IMG/VR virus record: IMGVR_UViG_3300021963_000167 | Location: 1 to 53,091 of that record | DNA: 53,091 nt | Reading direction: 5' to 3' (one strand) | Source of the DNA: a virus | Lineage: Duplodnaviria; Caudoviricetes | Part shown: in pieces, positions 52,654 to 53,091 of the stretch | How the letters are laid out: each line of letters begins with the position of its first letter | Numbering within the stretch: the stretch's first letter is position 1 | The notes under the pieces: generated by a model | Seen by the model: the letters and a program-made list of their open reading frames with translations, nothing else | The model's database searches: none | Told to the model about the DNA's origin: nothing | Made by a program: the position numbers and the translations under genes

Positions 52654-53091
52654 TATTATTAAAGTTTGCAACGGAAAATTGTTCCCTCTTGACTAACTTC
52701 ATAATGGTACTATCATTTTTCAACACAAACCCTTCGCCTACGATTTGCTCACCATTCAGATAGGATTTTGGGGCATCCGTCACAATCATCATTTCCATTA
52801 AATCTTCTTTGATTTCCATCATCGTGAGGTAAAGATGTGCAAGATATTTACAACCAAATATCTCAGTTAAGTTCCACCAGTTTAGTTCTTTTTCTTGTTT
52901 CAGAATAGCATTGATTTGCTTCTTAGCTTCTGCTGCTTCCTTATCAGTCAGAAACTTTACACCAGTTACATCAAGGTCGGGCATCTGTGGATGAATAAAG
53001 TCTACACAAGGTTGCACAAACTTGACGCTCTCAGTATCATCAAAGAACGGTGTAGTTCCAGACACATAAGCATCCTTCAGTTCACCATCAG
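52637..53091 (-). CDS. C-terminal part of a ligase-fold nucleotidyltransferase-like protein (partial)
   Basis: Frame stays open to the window end; GEGFV...MKLVKREQFS.ANF resemble ligase motifs IV and V. Confidence 0.55.
   Translation of the reverse strand, partial: DGELKDAYVSGTTPFFDDTESVKFVQPCVDFIHPQMPDLDVTGVKFLTDKEAAEAKKQINAILKQEKELNWWNLTEIFGCKYLAHLYLTMMEIKEDLMEMMIVTDAPKSYLNGEQIVGEGFVLKNDSTIMKLVKREQFSVANFNNTKSWA

Overview
Fragment of a T4-like myovirus genome, most likely a cyanomyovirus (cyanophage), judged from gene order and protein style. Positions 1-40.5 kb are an AT-rich, minus-strand late operon. In transcription order it encodes a GT-A glycosyltransferase, gp25, gp6, a 4070-aa gp7-like baseplate protein, gp8, a 2625-aa VrlC-like protein, gp13, gp14, gp15, gp16, a 647-aa modular protein, gp17, gp18, gp19, gp20 and head-associated genes, with NATAAATA late promoters. 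Positions ~40.7-53 kb are a compositionally distinct accessory region of about 40 mostly tiny minus-strand ORFs plus three free-standing homing endonucleases. The most unusual structure is a near-identical 30-bp element (minus strand ACTGGGCCCCTGAAAGTGCATCAGTAGTAT) in 10 same-orientation copies. It usually sits between the stop of one gene and the start of the next, and supplies the ATG itself in 7 copies, giving an integron-like gene-cassette array. Also notable: a cluster of cyanobacterial-type DnaA boxes (TTTTCCACA) next to divergent sigma70-like promoters; hairpins enclosing late promoters upstream of several genes; a probable protease-processed internal head polyprotein sharing a domain with a capsid-targeted protein; an NblA-like small gene; and a pervasive G-[IVL]-[GSAT]-T peptide in the virion proteins. 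All calls are by eye; no searches were run. Short ORFs missing from the supplied track were translated by hand.
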